Shown here piece after piece: positions 26,929 to 37,397 of a stretch of 39,748 nt of DNA. The stretch's first letter is position 1. Each line of letters begins with the position of its first letter. Below the pieces are notes generated by a model. The model saw nothing but the letters and a program-made list of their open reading frames with translations. It made no database searches and had not been told where the DNA came from. Origin of the DNA: Prochlorococcus marinus str. MIT 9215 (GTDB lineage: Bacteria > Cyanobacteriota > Cyanobacteriia > PCC-6307 > Cyanobiaceae); contig CATBLW010000002.1 of assembly GCA_949486985.1 (NCBI GenBank), positions 1 to 39,748 of the forward strand. The letters are read 5' to 3'. The position numbers and the translations under genes are program-made.

Positions 26929-27603
26929 TCACGGAGTCATTGGCATGGGCTTGTGACGCTGCCGATCAAGAGGAGTCTTCGCCATGCAGACCGTACCCCC
27001 AACAGGAATCCCAAGCCTCTGCAAGCAATTCCTAGCAGCTTGAACAGTTGCACCCGTTGTGAGGATGTCATCAACAATCCAGGCTTGATGCAGCGACCAG
27101 TCAATCATCGTCTGCTTGAGCTCTGGGCTCGCCTTAAAGGCATCCTTTTGATTGTCTTGCCGGAGCTTGTAGTTGAGATGATGTTGTCCCAGAGTTGCCC
27201 GTTGCCGAGCAAGCAGTTGATGCCATGGCCGGTCGAGTTCTCTGGCCAGCATGTGTGGCAGTGGGTTGGCTTGGCTTGCTTTTTTCCAACTTGGAATCGG
27301 CACCAGTAGCGCTTCGCTTGGCAACCTTGGGGCCAGAAGTTTGGCGATGTAATGGATTGCTGAGCGTTGCCTGTTCCTGCGCAGATTGAGCAGCAATTGG
27401 CGGAACTGATCTTCGTACCAGTTCAATGCAATCCAGCGCATTGGCATCATTCCGCTCAGGCCTTCGGGAGGGAAATTGAGCTTTTCTAGGCAGCCATTGC
27501 AGGGAGTTGAGGCGTTTTCATCATGGCCAAGAATGGCTTGGCAGAGAAGGCACTGTGGCTGGATGACGAGATCCTTGGCCACATGAAAAAAATCTCTCAG
27601 CAA
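26929..27603 (-). CDS. comF: ComF-family phosphoribosyltransferase-domain protein
   Basis: 224 aa with an N-terminal CxxC...CxxC zinc-finger-like pair (CLLCQA...CNGCLE) and the PRTase motif AWIVDDILTTGATV near the C-terminus. The start is uncertain (TTG). Confidence 0.75.
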   Translation of the reverse strand: MLRDFFHVAKDLVIQPQCLLCQAILGHDENASTPCNGCLEKLNFPPEGLSGMMPMRWIALNWYEDQFRQLLLNLRRNRQRSAIHYIAKLLAPRLPSEALLVPIPSWKKASQANPLPHMLARELDRPWHQLLARQRATLGQHHLNYKLRQDNQKDAFKASPELKQTMIDWSLHQAWIVDDILTTGATVQAARNCLQRLGIPVGGTVCMAKTPLDRQRHKPMPMTP

Positions 27604-27665
27604 GGCAGGATTGAAATTCTCTGACCAGCATTCCCCCGTTGCTTCGAAACTTGTTTTGCCTGTGC

Positions 27666-27941
27666 TCAGGAGGACGTTTTGGGCATCGCCCGCAGCATGG
27701 TCACCAGGGTTTGGTGCGCATCTTCACTGTCGCTCAGGGTGTGATCAAATTTGATTTGGACGATATTGCCATCAACTTCTAGTTCCATGGCTTCAGGGGT
27801 TACCGCCATCATGCGGGCCTTCTCTGCATTGTTAATGCCTCCGTAGTGACGGGCATAGGCAACAACGGCTTCAGCGTGGTCATCGTTCATATGCCGACAG
27901 ATGCGAGCACTGACATCAGTAGTGAGTGGATCGGAAGCCAT
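27666..27941 (-). CDS. DUF2470-like small protein (heme-utilisation-associated fold)
   Basis: 91 aa. The ICRHMNDDHAEAVVAYARHYGG...MELEVDG..VQIKFDH pattern matches the DUF2470 family as I recall it. Confidence 0.55.
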   Translation of the reverse strand: MASDPLTTDVSARICRHMNDDHAEAVVAYARHYGGINNAEKARMMAVTPEAMELEVDGNIVQIKFDHTLSDSEDAHQTLVTMLRAMPKTSS

Positions 27942-28159
27942 AGTTGTTTTGGTTGAAAGCGTCGGGACTGAATTTGATCAGCCTCTTACAACCTTCTAAT
28001 TGAATCAGCTGAATGACGGCCAGCAGAGCTTTGCCAGTTTGGATAGAAGCAACTCTCACATCGCTTGGCCGTAAAAGAAATAGTCATAGCAGTCGCTTTG
28101 GGATTTTCAGGCCAACCGATACAGAGCAGGAGATTGCCTCCATTGCTCTTGAGGCCTCT

Positions 28160-29410
28160 TTATCCTTTGTATTGAGGCTTGACTGCGTCTAAAGCAAGAC
28201 GGGCAACACCAGCTGCTGGTGGAAGAGTGCAAGTTTTTATTGGCAGTTTCAGAATTCGTTGTCGTAACTGACGCCATTGGGGATTGCGCGCGCCACCACC
28301 AAGGCTGATGACTTGTTTTGGAGCCGCTGCGCCGAGCTCATTGAGTTTCTGCCAACCCTTGGCTTCGATTCGTGCAAGGCCTTCCAGCAAGCCATGAAGG
28401 TAAAGAGCATCACTGACAGGGCGAGGACCCATCACCGGCTTGAGCATCGGGTCATCAACTGGGAAGCGTTCGCCTTGTCTTGGCATGGGCCGCAGCTTCA
28501 GACCACTGTCCATCTTTGGATTAATTTGCTGGCTTAATTCTTGTAATTGAGCGTCGCTAAACAGTTGTCGCAGTACTGAACATCCTGTATTTGAAGCGCC
28601 TCCACATAGCCAGCGGCCACCAACGCGATGATTGCTAATCCCAGAGCCTTGGATGGGGTGTTCGATAAAGCGCTTGAGAACAAGAGTGCTTCCCAAAATG
28701 GTGATGCCGTCTTCGGGGCCTGGATTTGCACTCAGAACAGCTGCATTGGCGTCAGTGGTGCCAGCAACGACCAGCATCTTTTCCGGCAGGTTCAGATTCT
28801 TGGCCCGTTCTGTTGCCAGGGTTCCAAGAATGCTGCCGCTGCAGACGATCTCTGGTAGTGCAGATCGCCAGGAGAGTTCCTCCATGCTTTTGGGCCAGGC
28901 TTGAGCATTGAGATCCCAGCCGAGCCTTAGGTTGTTGCCCTCTTCTCCCCAGCGCCAATCGCCGAGGAGCCAGCCGCTGATCCAGTCAGCTTGGTGACGC
29001 AGGAGCACGTTGGCTCCATGCTTGGCAGTAAGTCTTAGAGCTCTTGACAGACTGCTGCTCACGCTGGCGGCAAGCTTGCCATCAGGAATTAACTCGCTCA
29101 GAGCTTGTTTTTGCTCCAGGCAGCTGAGGTGGTAGGGCAGGGCTTGTCCTATTGGCTTGCCTTTGTGATCGCAGGCCAAAATGGTTCCAGAGGTGCCATC
29201 GACGGCCAACGCAACCAAGGATTGGCGATAGCGATTGGGCAAAGCCTGAATCAGAACTTTGCAACATTCCTGCCAGTCTTCTGGATCTTCAAGCCCTTTC
29301 TGATAGTCGGTAGAGGAGGTATGGATGAGTTCGCCATCCATATTCAATACCGCGATACGCACTCCGCTGGTGCCGAAGTCGATGCCAAGAACCAGGGCTG
29401 AATTGGCCAT
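28160..29410 (-). CDS. FGGY-family carbohydrate kinase
   Basis: 416 aa. The N-terminal LVLGIDFGTSGVRIAV is an ATPase phosphate-1 motif. It also has VVAGTTDANAAVL, GGRWLCGGASNTG and a C-terminal ISLGGGARNPQWRQL. Substrate cannot be inferred. Confidence 0.8.
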   Translation of the reverse strand: MANSALVLGIDFGTSGVRIAVLNMDGELIHTSSTDYQKGLEDPEDWQECCKVLIQALPNRYRQSLVALAVDGTSGTILACDHKGKPIGQALPYHLSCLEQKQALSELIPDGKLAASVSSSLSRALRLTAKHGANVLLRHQADWISGWLLGDWRWGEEGNNLRLGWDLNAQAWPKSMEELSWRSALPEIVCSGSILGTLATERAKNLNLPEKMLVVAGTTDANAAVLSANPGPEDGITILGSTLVLKRFIEHPIQGSGISNHRVGGRWLCGGASNTGCSVLRQLFSDAQLQELSQQINPKMDSGLKLRPMPRQGERFPVDDPMLKPVMGPRPVSDALYLHGLLEGLARIEAKGWQKLNELGAAAPKQVISLGGGARNPQWRQLRQRILKLPIKTCTLPPAAGVARLALDAVKPQYKG

Positions 29411-29454
29411 GGCATCGAACCTCAGAGGATTTGGCTTGATTCGCTTCGCTGCTT

Positions 29455-30681
29455 TTATATCTGGCGAAGTTTGGCGGCTTTGTCGGTGACGTTCTCCCAG
29501 GGGAGATCGAGATCCGGGCGTCCAAAATGTCCGTAGGCAGCAGTGTCTTGATAGAAGCGTCCACCTCGTTGTTGAGGAAGCTCACGGAGTTGGAATTGCT
29601 CGATGATGGCACCAGGTCGCAGGTCGAAATGCTCATTGACCAAGGCTGTGAGCTCAGGGTTCGTCACTTTCCCGGTGCCAAAAGCTTCCACCAGAATGGA
29701 GACAGGCTTAGCCACGCCAATGGCATAGCTGAGCTGCACTTCTACACGTTGTGCAAGGCCTGCCGCAACAAGACACTTGGCCACGTAACGGGCTGCGTAA
29801 GCAGCAGAGCGATCCACTTTTGTTGGATCTTTGCCAGAGAAGGCCCCGCCGCCATGGCGTGCATAGCCGCCATAGGTATCGACGATGATTTTGCGGCCGG
29901 TGAGGCCTGCATCCCCTTGCGGGCCACCAACAACAAACTTGCCTGTTGGATTGACTAGGAAGCGCGTTGAATCAACATTCGGCTTGAGTGGAAGGTCAGC
30001 CGTTGCAGGCTCCACCACTTTGGTCCAGAGGTCTTTGGTAATCCGCTCTCTGATTCCTTCTTCATCGCTGAGACCCTCCACTTCTGCGGTGTGTTGGGTG
30101 GAGATCAAAATCGTGTCGATCGCTATTGGTCGATCGTTTTCGTAGACAACGCTGACTTGGGTTTTCCCATCTGGGAGCAGGTAGTTCAGTGATCCGTCAT
30201 GCCTTACTGCAGCAAGCTGTCTGGATAGACGGTGCGCCAGGCTGATGGGTAGAGGCATCAGCTCAGGGGTCTCGTCACAGGCGTAGCCAAACATGATCCC
30301 TTGATCGCCAGCGCCAACCTTGTCAAGGGGATCGCCTTCGTGATCATCGGCTTCATTCACTCCTTGAGCAATGTCCGGAGATTGTTGATCCAGAGCGACC
30401 AGGACGGCACAACTTGTGGCGTCAAAGCCACCAGCTCTGGCACCGCTATAGCCAATATTTCGGATCACTTCTCGAACCAAATGGATGAAATCAACCTGTG
30501 CGTTGGTTGTGACCTCGCCTGTAATTAAACAGAGACCTGTATTGACGACTGTTTCACAGGCAACACGGCTTTTGGGATCTTTCGCTAGCAGTGCATCGAG
30601 CACGGCATCACTCACTTGGTCGCAGATTTTGTCTGGGTGCCCTTCTGTGACCGATTCAGAGGTGAAGACGTAACGACTCAT
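29455..30681 (-). CDS. metK: S-adenosylmethionine synthetase
   Basis: The ATG at 30681 gives [32 protein letters not shown]..., with [12 protein letters not shown] and [19 protein letters not shown]. These are all canonical MetK motifs. Confidence 0.97.
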   Translation of the reverse strand: MSRYVFTSESVTEGHPDKICDQVSDAVLDALLAKDPKSRVACETVVNTGLCLITGEVTTNAQVDFIHLVREVIRNIGYSGARAGGFDATSCAVLVALDQQSPDIAQGVNEADDHEGDPLDKVGAGDQGIMFGYACDETPELMPLPISLAHRLSRQLAAVRHDGSLNYLLPDGKTQVSVVYENDRPIAIDTILISTQHTAEVEGLSDEEGIRERITKDLWTKVVEPATADLPLKPNVDSTRFLVNPTGKFVVGGPQGDAGLTGRKIIVDTYGGYARHGGGAFSGKDPTKVDRSAAYAARYVAKCLVAAGLAQRVEVQLSYAIGVAKPVSILVEAFGTGKVTNPELTALVNEHFDLRPGAIIEQFQLRELPQQRGGRFYQDTAAYGHFGRPDLDLPWENVTDKAAKLRQI

Positions 30682-30683
30682 AG

Positions 30684-31490
30684 TCAACTTGATTGTGCAG
30701 GAACTGTAGGGTCTGCTCCTACTCCCAGTTCATTCCAGTGATGGATCAGGTGTTGATGAGCTCTGAGTGGAGGAGTCTGACGCCAGCCAGCCATATAGCC
30801 GAGGATGATCCCAATGTTGGCTTGGTGTGCCATTTGCAGATCGGAATCTGCATCTCCAATCAGCGCACACTCGCTTGGTGCCAATCCCAACTGTTTGCAT
30901 AGCCCGTGCACAGCGCCAGGGTCAGGTTTTGCGGGGCGATGGCCTGCGCTCCATAGGAAGGGGATGGTGTCCTGGAGATTGTTGTTGATCAGAAAGCTCT
31001 CGATGCCTTTAGGGGTGTCATTGCTAATGACTGCACAAACAACTCCTGCTTCTTGCAGTTGCTGCAACACAGTCAGGGCACCTGGCAGAAGAGTTGTTGC
31101 TCCACCTGGGGCACCATCTTCAGCAAGAGTGAGATCGACAGCATCGAAAACCTCATGGGCTAGTGCTAGGGATTGAGGCCAGGCCTCACCCAGGAGGCAA
31201 AAAACTGTGGCCGTGGAGATCAGATTGTGCTCTCTCGATGCAACGGCAATGGTTCCGCCAGGATGGATCCCTTCTTGGCTGAGTCCATAGGCACTTGAGA
31301 GCAAGTCCGCAAGCTTGCTCTGGCTTTGTTGATGAGCTTGGCCGCCTTGAAATCTCCTAACAGCAAGTTGAATTCTTGCCTCAGCAAGATTTGTGAGGTG
31401 CGGTTCACTATGGGAAAGGGTGCCGTCCTTGTCGAACAGCACCCCTTGAATCTCTCCAATAGACCTACCCCTAAGCAAAAGTTGGGGCAT
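30684..31490 (-). CDS. HAD-superfamily hydrolase (phosphatase-like)
   Basis: 268 aa with HAD motif I (VLFDKDGTL), AVISND and motif IV-like [12 protein letters not shown]. Confidence 0.7.
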   Translation of the reverse strand: MPQLLLRGRSIGEIQGVLFDKDGTLSHSEPHLTNLAEARIQLAVRRFQGGQAHQQSQSKLADLLSSAYGLSQEGIHPGGTIAVASREHNLISTATVFCLLGEAWPQSLALAHEVFDAVDLTLAEDGAPGGATTLLPGALTVLQQLQEAGVVCAVISNDTPKGIESFLINNNLQDTIPFLWSAGHRPAKPDPGAVHGLCKQLGLAPSECALIGDADSDLQMAHQANIGIILGYMAGWRQTPPLRAHQHLIHHWNELGVGADPTVPAQSS

Positions 31491-31509
31491 GGGAATGAAT
31501 CCGTTCCAG

Positions 31510-32613
31510 TTAGACCATCATTCCTTCGCCAATCGGATCTTCTCCTTCCTCGGCTTGTTCAAGCAGCATTTGCTTATATCTGGCTGCCATTTCTTCGGCT
31601 TTGTCGAACACCTTTTGAGGGTCGGTGAGCATGTCACCTGGTTCGGGCTCGAGTGCTTTGGTGGAGAGAGAAATTCGGCCTCTCTCTGCATCGAGATCAA
31701 TGATCATGACTTTCATCTGATCGTTGACGTTGAGAACGGAATGGGGTGTCTCGATGTGTTCGTGGCTGATCTCTGAGATGTGGAGGAGACCACTAACGCC
31801 GCCGATATCAATAAAGGCGCCATAAGGCTTGATACCGCGAACGGTTCCGATTACCACTTCGCCTACTTCCAGGCGATTCATCTTGCGCTCAACTAGTGCA
31901 CGTCTATGGCTGAGAACCAAACGGTTGCGCTCTTCGTCGACTTCGAGGAACTTCAAGGGCAGGAAGTCAGCAACAAGTTCTTCCTTCGGTTTGCGCGTGC
32001 TGATGTGTGAGCCAGGGATGAAGCCTCTTAGGCCTTCGACCCGAACCAAGGCACCGCCGCGGTTGGTGGCAAACACTTCGGAGTAGATGGTTGCATCTTC
32101 TTTTTGCAGCTGACGAACCCGCTCCCAAGCACGTTGATATTCGATACGGCGAATGGAAAGGGAAAGCTGCCCATCTTCATTCTCTTCACTCATGATGAAG
32201 AATTCACGGATCTCTCCGGGCAGAAGCACATCGCTCAGCCCTTCGACCCGATTAATCGAAACCTCTTGTAGAGGCATAAATGCAGCCGTCTTGGCTCCGA
32301 TATCGATCATCGCGCCCTTGGATTCAAGAGCAAAAACTGTGCCGTTGACAATGTCACCCGGCTTGAAGTTGTAGTCGTACTTGCTGAGTAGGGACGCAAA
32401 CTCATCAAGGCTGAAGCCAGCACCATCAAGATCCTTCTTGGAGGCTCTGCTGCTCGGATCGTCTGCTGTTGGTACGTCCTCCGGAATGCTCAGGTCTTCG
32501 TCTGCAATCGATGCATTCACCGCATCGGTTCCCTCAGATGGGGTGACAGCCTCTTCTTCTGGACTGTTATTTGCAGCGGATTCCTGAACCGGTTCGGTGG
32601 AAGTTACAGACAT
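31510..32613 (-). CDS. rpsA: 30S ribosomal protein S1
   Basis: 367 aa with three S1 domains (GDIVNGTVFALESKGAMIDIG, ATIYSEVFATNRGGALVRVEGLRGFIPGSHIS, GEVVIGTVRGIKPYGAFIDIGGVSGLLHISEIS). The acidic N-terminal extension is typical of cyanobacterial Rps1. Confidence 0.92.
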   Translation of the reverse strand: MSVTSTEPVQESAANNSPEEEAVTPSEGTDAVNASIADEDLSIPEDVPTADDPSSRASKKDLDGAGFSLDEFASLLSKYDYNFKPGDIVNGTVFALESKGAMIDIGAKTAAFMPLQEVSINRVEGLSDVLLPGEIREFFIMSEENEDGQLSLSIRRIEYQRAWERVRQLQKEDATIYSEVFATNRGGALVRVEGLRGFIPGSHISTRKPKEELVADFLPLKFLEVDEERNRLVLSHRRALVERKMNRLEVGEVVIGTVRGIKPYGAFIDIGGVSGLLHISEISHEHIETPHSVLNVNDQMKVMIIDLDAERGRISLSTKALEPEPGDMLTDPQKVFDKAEEMAARYKQMLLEQAEEGEDPIGEGMMV

Positions 32614-32714
32614 CGTGGGATGGCGGTCTGCCCTAGGGCAGTACGACAGGGAATCCGACCGGCCCGCCGACCATTCGGAATTAAGGAAACACTCTACAGA
32701 TTCGCTTCACAGGT

Positions 32715-33191
32715 TCAGCGAACGGACGCAAGCTCGCCTTTGCTGGCTTTGATGCATTCAAGGGCTGCGATGAAATCACTGATTCCACGGAATTGGCGGT
32801 AAACCGAGGCGAAACGCACGTAAGCCACCTCGCTAATGCCGCGTAAATGTTCAAGAACCATCTCGCCAATTTCCGAACTACTCACCTCTCGACCACTGTT
32901 TTGTTGCAGTTGGAGTTCGAGCTCGGTCACCATGACTTCAAGCTTTGCTGTTTCAAGGCCGGTTTTCTCACAGGCCCGAGTTAAACCATGAAGTAGCTTG
33001 CTGCGACTGAAGGTTTCTCTGTTTCCGTTGCGCTTGATGACGCTAATGGGAACCGTTTCAATCCGCTCGTAGGTTGTGAATCTGAAGTCGCAATTTAGGC
33101 ATTCACGTCGTCGACGCACACTTCTGCCAGTATCGGCAGCTCGCGATTCCAGAACACGACTATCGGTGTTTTGGCAAGAGGGGCATTGCAT
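32715..33191 (-). CDS. nrdR: transcriptional repressor NrdR
   Basis: 158 aa. [45 protein letters not shown] is the zinc ribbon, followed by an ATP-cone. Confidence 0.95.
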   Translation of the reverse strand: MQCPSCQNTDSRVLESRAADTGRSVRRRRECLNCDFRFTTYERIETVPISVIKRNGNRETFSRSKLLHGLTRACEKTGLETAKLEVMVTELELQLQQNSGREVSSSEIGEMVLEHLRGISEVAYVRFASVYRQFRGISDFIAALECIKASKGELASVR

Positions 33192-33364
33192 GCCCTGAAA
33201 ACTCCAAATTATGTACTTCTAATTCTATACAACGATTGCACTCATGAGAAGCCCTCGCTGACTTGATTCAAAGGGTTTTAGAGCGGAAAGCTTCCTGTTG
33301 GCGTTGATCATGGTGATGCATTCGCATTCGGTTGAGATGGTTGAAAAATAAATTCGTTGGCATG

Positions 33365-33390
33365 AAAAAAGCCCCGCTGGTGCGGGGCTT
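33365..33390 (-). terminator. rho-independent terminator after psbT
   Basis: Stem GCCCCGC (33371-33377) / GCGGGGC (33382-33388) with a 4-nt loop. On the minus strand six T follow (plus-strand A-run 33365-33370). Confidence 0.8.
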
Positions 33391-33407
33391 GCGATGAAGT
33401 AGGCGTG

Positions 33408-33515
33408 TTACTTGCCGCTGTCTTTGCCGATCTTCGGTGGATCGCGGAAAGCGATTGCGAAGAACAGTGTGGCAATTGCCAGGGTGAGTATGAGGATGTA
33501 AGCAAAGCTTTCCAT
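33408..33515 (-). CDS. psbT: photosystem II reaction centre protein T
   Basis: It is below the ORF-track size cut-off. The minus strand reads [35 protein letters not shown] (35 aa), 21 nt downstream of the psbB stop. Confidence 0.9.
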   Translation of the reverse strand: MESFAYILILTLAIATLFFAIAFRDPPKIGKDSGK

Positions 33516-33536
33516 ATGGAATCTCCGAAAGGACGA

Positions 33537-35096
33537 TTATCTAAGGGTGGTGCCTGCAGGGGGCTTGTAACCCTCTGGTAGGCGACGGGTGGAACGATCA
33601 CCAAGTTTTTGGTACATGCCAAATTCAACCTGTTCACCTAGTTCTGGATCAATGCCAGCGAATACATCCCGATAGAGAGTTCTGGATGCATGCCACCAAT
33701 GACCAAAGAGGAACAGCAGCGCAAAGCATGCATGAGCAAAGGTGAACCAGGTCCTTGGCGAGCTTCTAAACACACCGTCGGAGTTGTAAGTCTCACGATC
33801 GAATGTAAAAGCTTCTCCAAGCTGAGCCCTGCGCGCTAAGCGCTTGACTTGTGCTGGATCCGTGAAGGTTTGTCCGTCCATTGAACCGCCATAGACGGTG
33901 GCCGTGACACCAACTTGCTCAAAGGAATACTTGGCTTCAGCTCTTCTGAATGGAATGTCAGCGCGGACATTGCCATTTTGGTCTTCGAGAAGAACTGGGA
34001 AGTTCTCGAAGAAATTGGGAATGCGACGGACTTCTAGATCGTTTCCTTCCTTATCGCTAAAAGCGATATGGCCGAACCAACCTGTTGGTAAGCCATCACC
34101 ATTAACCATGGGCCCAACCCTAAATAGGCCTCCTTTCGCTGGGCTGTTGCCGACGTAGTCATAAAAGGCCAGCTTCTCGGGTATTGCTTTATAGGCCTCT
34201 TCTTTGGTCGCACCGTCATCCATCGCTGATTGGACTCGACGGTTGATTTCAGTTTTGAAGTAATTGGAATCCCATTGATACCTTGTAGGGCCAAAAAGCT
34301 CCACAGGCGTTGTGGCTGCTCCGTACCACATGGTTCCGGAGACAACAAAGGCAACAAAAAGGATCCCGGCAAGACCACTTGCAAGAACAGTCTCAATGTT
34401 GCCCATCCTCAGGCCTTTGTAGAGCCGTTCAGATGGTCGATTGGTGATGTGGAAGATGCCACCGATGATGCCAAAGATGCCCGCGCCAATGTGATTGGCA
34501 ACAATGCCGCCTGGATTAAATGGATTGAATCCCTCGGCTCCCCAGGCTGGTTGGACAGGCCCAACGTGGCCAGTCAGGGCATATGGATCAGATATCCATA
34601 TGCCTGGGCCTAGAGCTCCAGAGCAATGGAAGGCGCCAAAACCAAAACATCCGATCCCAGCGAGGAGCAAATGAATGCCGAAGATTTTCGGCAGGTCAAG
34701 CGCGGGTTCTCCGGTGCGATCGTCTATCCAGAGATCCAGATCCCAATAAGTCCAGTGCCATATGGCAGCCAGCATCAGCAAGCCGCTAAAGACAATGTGG
34801 GCAGCTGCAACGCCTTCAAAGCTCCAGAAGCCAGGATTAAGACCGGTCTCACCAGTGACATCCCAGCCACCCCAGCTACCGGTTATTCCGATTCGGGCCA
34901 TGAAGGGCATGACATACATGCCCTGACGCCACATTGGGTTCAGGACTGGATCCGAAGGATCGAATACAGCTAATTCGTAGAGGGCCATCGAGCCGGCCCA
35001 GCCGGCTAGCAGGGCAGTGTGCATGAGGTGCACGGCCAGAAGTCGGCCTGGGTCGTTGATAACGACTGTGTGCACCCGATACCAGGGCAATCCCAT
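33537..35096 (-). CDS. psbB: photosystem II CP47 chlorophyll apoprotein
   Basis: 519 aa, [72 protein letters not shown]... This is unmistakably PsbB. Confidence 0.98.
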   Translation of the reverse strand: MGLPWYRVHTVVINDPGRLLAVHLMHTALLAGWAGSMALYELAVFDPSDPVLNPMWRQGMYVMPFMARIGITGSWGGWDVTGETGLNPGFWSFEGVAAAHIVFSGLLMLAAIWHWTYWDLDLWIDDRTGEPALDLPKIFGIHLLLAGIGCFGFGAFHCSGALGPGIWISDPYALTGHVGPVQPAWGAEGFNPFNPGGIVANHIGAGIFGIIGGIFHITNRPSERLYKGLRMGNIETVLASGLAGILFVAFVVSGTMWYGAATTPVELFGPTRYQWDSNYFKTEINRRVQSAMDDGATKEEAYKAIPEKLAFYDYVGNSPAKGGLFRVGPMVNGDGLPTGWFGHIAFSDKEGNDLEVRRIPNFFENFPVLLEDQNGNVRADIPFRRAEAKYSFEQVGVTATVYGGSMDGQTFTDPAQVKRLARRAQLGEAFTFDRETYNSDGVFRSSPRTWFTFAHACFALLFLFGHWWHASRTLYRDVFAGIDPELGEQVEFGMYQKLGDRSTRRLPEGYKPPAGTTLR

Positions 35097-35338
35097 GGGT
35101 CAGGTTCGGGGGAACGAAGCTGCTTATGCAGTCAGACCTATTGATCGTAAAGCTTGCGGCCTAGGACATGGGGGACGTTGTCGCTACCTGCAACGTGTAG
35201 TGATATCCAAGCTGGCTTCATCAAGCTTTGCTACAGGGGGCGCTAAGCACGTGGGACTGACGATGCCTGGCTTCTGGATGCGGTCACAAATCGCAATGCC
35301 CAAGATTCACAATGGATTGGTTTCGTGTTTCCGGACCC

Positions 35339-35800
35339 ATGCCAATTGTTCGCTTTGTGCGCGAAGGCATAGATGTTGATTGTTATCCCGGAGAAAATCT
35401 TCGGGAGGTGGCCTTGCGAGAGGGCGTTCAGCTCTATGGCTTGAAAGGGCAGCTTGGCAACTGCGGAGGTTGTGGTCAGTGCATCACCTGCTTCGTCTCT
35501 GTAGAGGGTGGACTTGGCGATGAGCCTCTAACTCCCTTGACGCCTGTTGAAGAGGTCAAGCTTGAGAAAAGGCCGAAGCATTGGCGATTGGCGTGTCAGG
35601 CAATGGTTCAGTCCTCTCTGATTGTGCTGACAAGGCCTCAGGCCTCACTTGATTCTGCTGAAGCTCGTCTTAAGGACGCTCGTGAGACGGCTTTGCCTCA
35701 AGGCACGATGGCTTGGCCTGAGCCGGAGGAATCTCTCGATGAAGGAGAGGACATGCCTGAGGAAGTTGTTTTTGCCGCCAAGCCCGATGACAGGGCCTAA
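35339..35800 (+). CDS. 2Fe-2S ferredoxin-like protein of the psbB-fdx-psbM neighbourhood
   Basis: The ATG at 35339 gives MPIVRFVREGIDVDCYPGENLREVALREGVQLYGLKGQLGNCGGCGQCITCFV...WRLACQ, a Cys cluster. It has an acidic C-terminal tail. An alternative upstream ATG is at 35312. Confidence 0.8.
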   Translation: MPIVRFVREGIDVDCYPGENLREVALREGVQLYGLKGQLGNCGGCGQCITCFVSVEGGLGDEPLTPLTPVEEVKLEKRPKHWRLACQAMVQSSLIVLTRPQASLDSAEARLKDARETALPQGTMAWPEPEESLDEGEDMPEEVVFAAKPDDRA

Positions 35801-35859
35801 AGAGAATGCGATTTCGATTGCCTGGCGGTGATATCTTCACCTGATATCAATGTTTCTCT

Positions 35860-35961
35860 ATGGAAACCAACCCTCTCGGTTTCGTCGCCAGTCTGCTTTT
35901 TATTCTGGTCCCGACGGTTTTTTTGATCGGCCTTTACATCTCAACTGGTAGGCAGGCCTGA
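35860..35961 (+). CDS. psbM: photosystem II reaction centre protein M
   Basis: It is below the ORF-track cut-off. It reads METNPLGFVASLLFILVPTVFLIGLYISTGRQA (33 aa), a single transmembrane helix typical of PsbM. Confidence 0.85.
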   Translation: METNPLGFVASLLFILVPTVFLIGLYISTGRQA

Positions 35962-35998
35962 ATTGATTCTGGTGTGTTTAAGGACTGCCAAAATCAAT

Positions 35999-36862
35999 TC
36001 AGCGTCTACTTTTCTCAGGTTCTTTTGCAATTAGGACTGGAGCGGGCGCATGCACTCTGATGTAGTCGCTTGTTGAGCTGCCAAGCAGCTTCTCCAAATC
36101 CACTAGCGATCTTGCAAACATTGGCCTTCGATCTTGAGAGCCAATCAACACAAGATCTGCTTTCGTCTCAACAGCGGCATCACAGACTCCGACCCCAATG
36201 TTTGGACTCGTGCGATGCATCGGCTTCATTTCTACCCCCATCCCTCTCGCTCGTTTGACAGCAGCATCAAGGATTTGATCGGGCTTGCTTCTGCCTCCAC
36301 GCGTAGGCGTTAGGTCCTGTCTGGTTAGGTGAATGCCTGTTAGTTGGCCGCCGGGGATTTGACGCACAATCTCACACGCATGTCGAAGGGCGTCGTCGCC
36401 TACTCCGGTGCCGTCAATTGTGACAAGCAAGCTTTTTATATAGCGAATGTAGAGGTCGTCACGAACGAGCAGCATCGGACGCTCTGAAAGCTGGAAAACG
36501 TATTGGCTGGTGCTGTTCGACAGAATCGACTGAAGGCGACCAAGGCCTCTCGATCCCATCACGATTAGATCGGCGTTGAGTTCATCAGCAACCTTGAGAA
36601 CAGTTTGCTTGGCGTCCCCTTGGCGAATGATTGTGTTGACGTCATTTGGGTTCAGGCGCATTCTTTTTAATGCTCCTGCAAGGGTTGCAGCACCTTCTTC
36701 CCATGCATTCTCTATGTCGGAAGCGCTTGAGGTGCTTTTTGCTTTGACGACATAAAGCAGATTGAGTCGAGCATCCCGGAAGCCTGGAAGATTGCGGAGC
36801 ATGCCTATCATTTCTTCAACATGACCTTGGCCTGAATCCGCAATTAATAGGTTTTGGAACAT
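35999..36862 (-). CDS. tandem universal stress protein (two UspA domains)
   Basis: The ATG at 36862 gives MFQNLLIADSGQGH... The sequence has two repeats, each ending in a G..G(9)G(S/T)-like ATP motif (LIVMGSRGLGRLQSILSNSTSQYV and LVLIGSQDRRPMFARSLVDLEKLLGSSTSDYI). Confidence 0.8.
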   Translation of the reverse strand: MFQNLLIADSGQGHVEEMIGMLRNLPGFRDARLNLLYVVKAKSTSSASDIENAWEEGAATLAGALKRMRLNPNDVNTIIRQGDAKQTVLKVADELNADLIVMGSRGLGRLQSILSNSTSQYVFQLSERPMLLVRDDLYIRYIKSLLVTIDGTGVGDDALRHACEIVRQIPGGQLTGIHLTRQDLTPTRGGRSKPDQILDAAVKRARGMGVEMKPMHRTSPNIGVGVCDAAVETKADLVLIGSQDRRPMFARSLVDLEKLLGSSTSDYIRVHAPAPVLIAKEPEKSRR

Positions 36863-36914
36863 CTCTTTCAGCAGTGCTTCACGCACCCTATGTCTGGATA
36901 TCTAGTTGGTTTGC

Positions 36915-37358
36915 ATGACGAGTGAGAACTTGACGTCTCGTCCCTGGCTCCTCTCTAAAAGGGTTCTGCCACAGCACACCGATCATGGTGGTGTGATGTG
37001 GCATGGGGCGTATCTGTCTTGGTTAGAGGAAGCTCGGGTGGAAGCTCTTGCTGCAGTGGGGCTGACCTATCGAGAGCTTTGCCGCCAGGGCATGCAGATG
37101 CCTGTTGTGAGATTGGAGATTAAATACCTGCGTTCGCTTGCTCATGGAGAGACCGTCTCTTTAGAGAGTTGGTCGTTACCAAAGAAGGGAGCCCGTTGGC
37201 CTTGGAAGACTGTGATCATCAGAGAAGATGGCGAGATGGCGGTCCAAGCCTTAGTGGAATTGGTTTTGGTTCATCAGGTTGGTGGCCTGAGCAGAGTGTT
37301 GCGTCAGCCCCCAGAATTACTTGCATTGGCTTTGCGCAAGCTGCAACTAGGCCCTTGA
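36915..37358 (+). CDS. hotdog-fold acyl-CoA thioesterase (4HBT/YbgC-like; cyanobacterial homologues include DHNA-CoA thioesterase)
   Basis: About 147 aa. The RVLPQHTDHGGVMWHGAYLSWLEEARVEAL pattern (catalytic D near the N-terminus plus a hotdog helix) fits the family. The start is ATG 36915. Confidence 0.7.
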   Translation: MTSENLTSRPWLLSKRVLPQHTDHGGVMWHGAYLSWLEEARVEALAAVGLTYRELCRQGMQMPVVRLEIKYLRSLAHGETVSLESWSLPKKGARWPWKTVIIREDGEMAVQALVELVLVHQVGGLSRVLRQPPELLALALRKLQLGP

Positions 37359-37397
37359 GCACGTTCGTGACATAGTTGGTACACATGAACTAGTTGC

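Noticed and set aside
35960-36000. 9-bp AT-rich inverted repeat (GAATTGATT...AATCAATTC) between convergent psbM and the USP gene, considered as a bidirectional terminator
   Set aside because: The loop is 23 nt, the stem is all weak pairs except two, and there is no T-run on either side. It is too weak to call.
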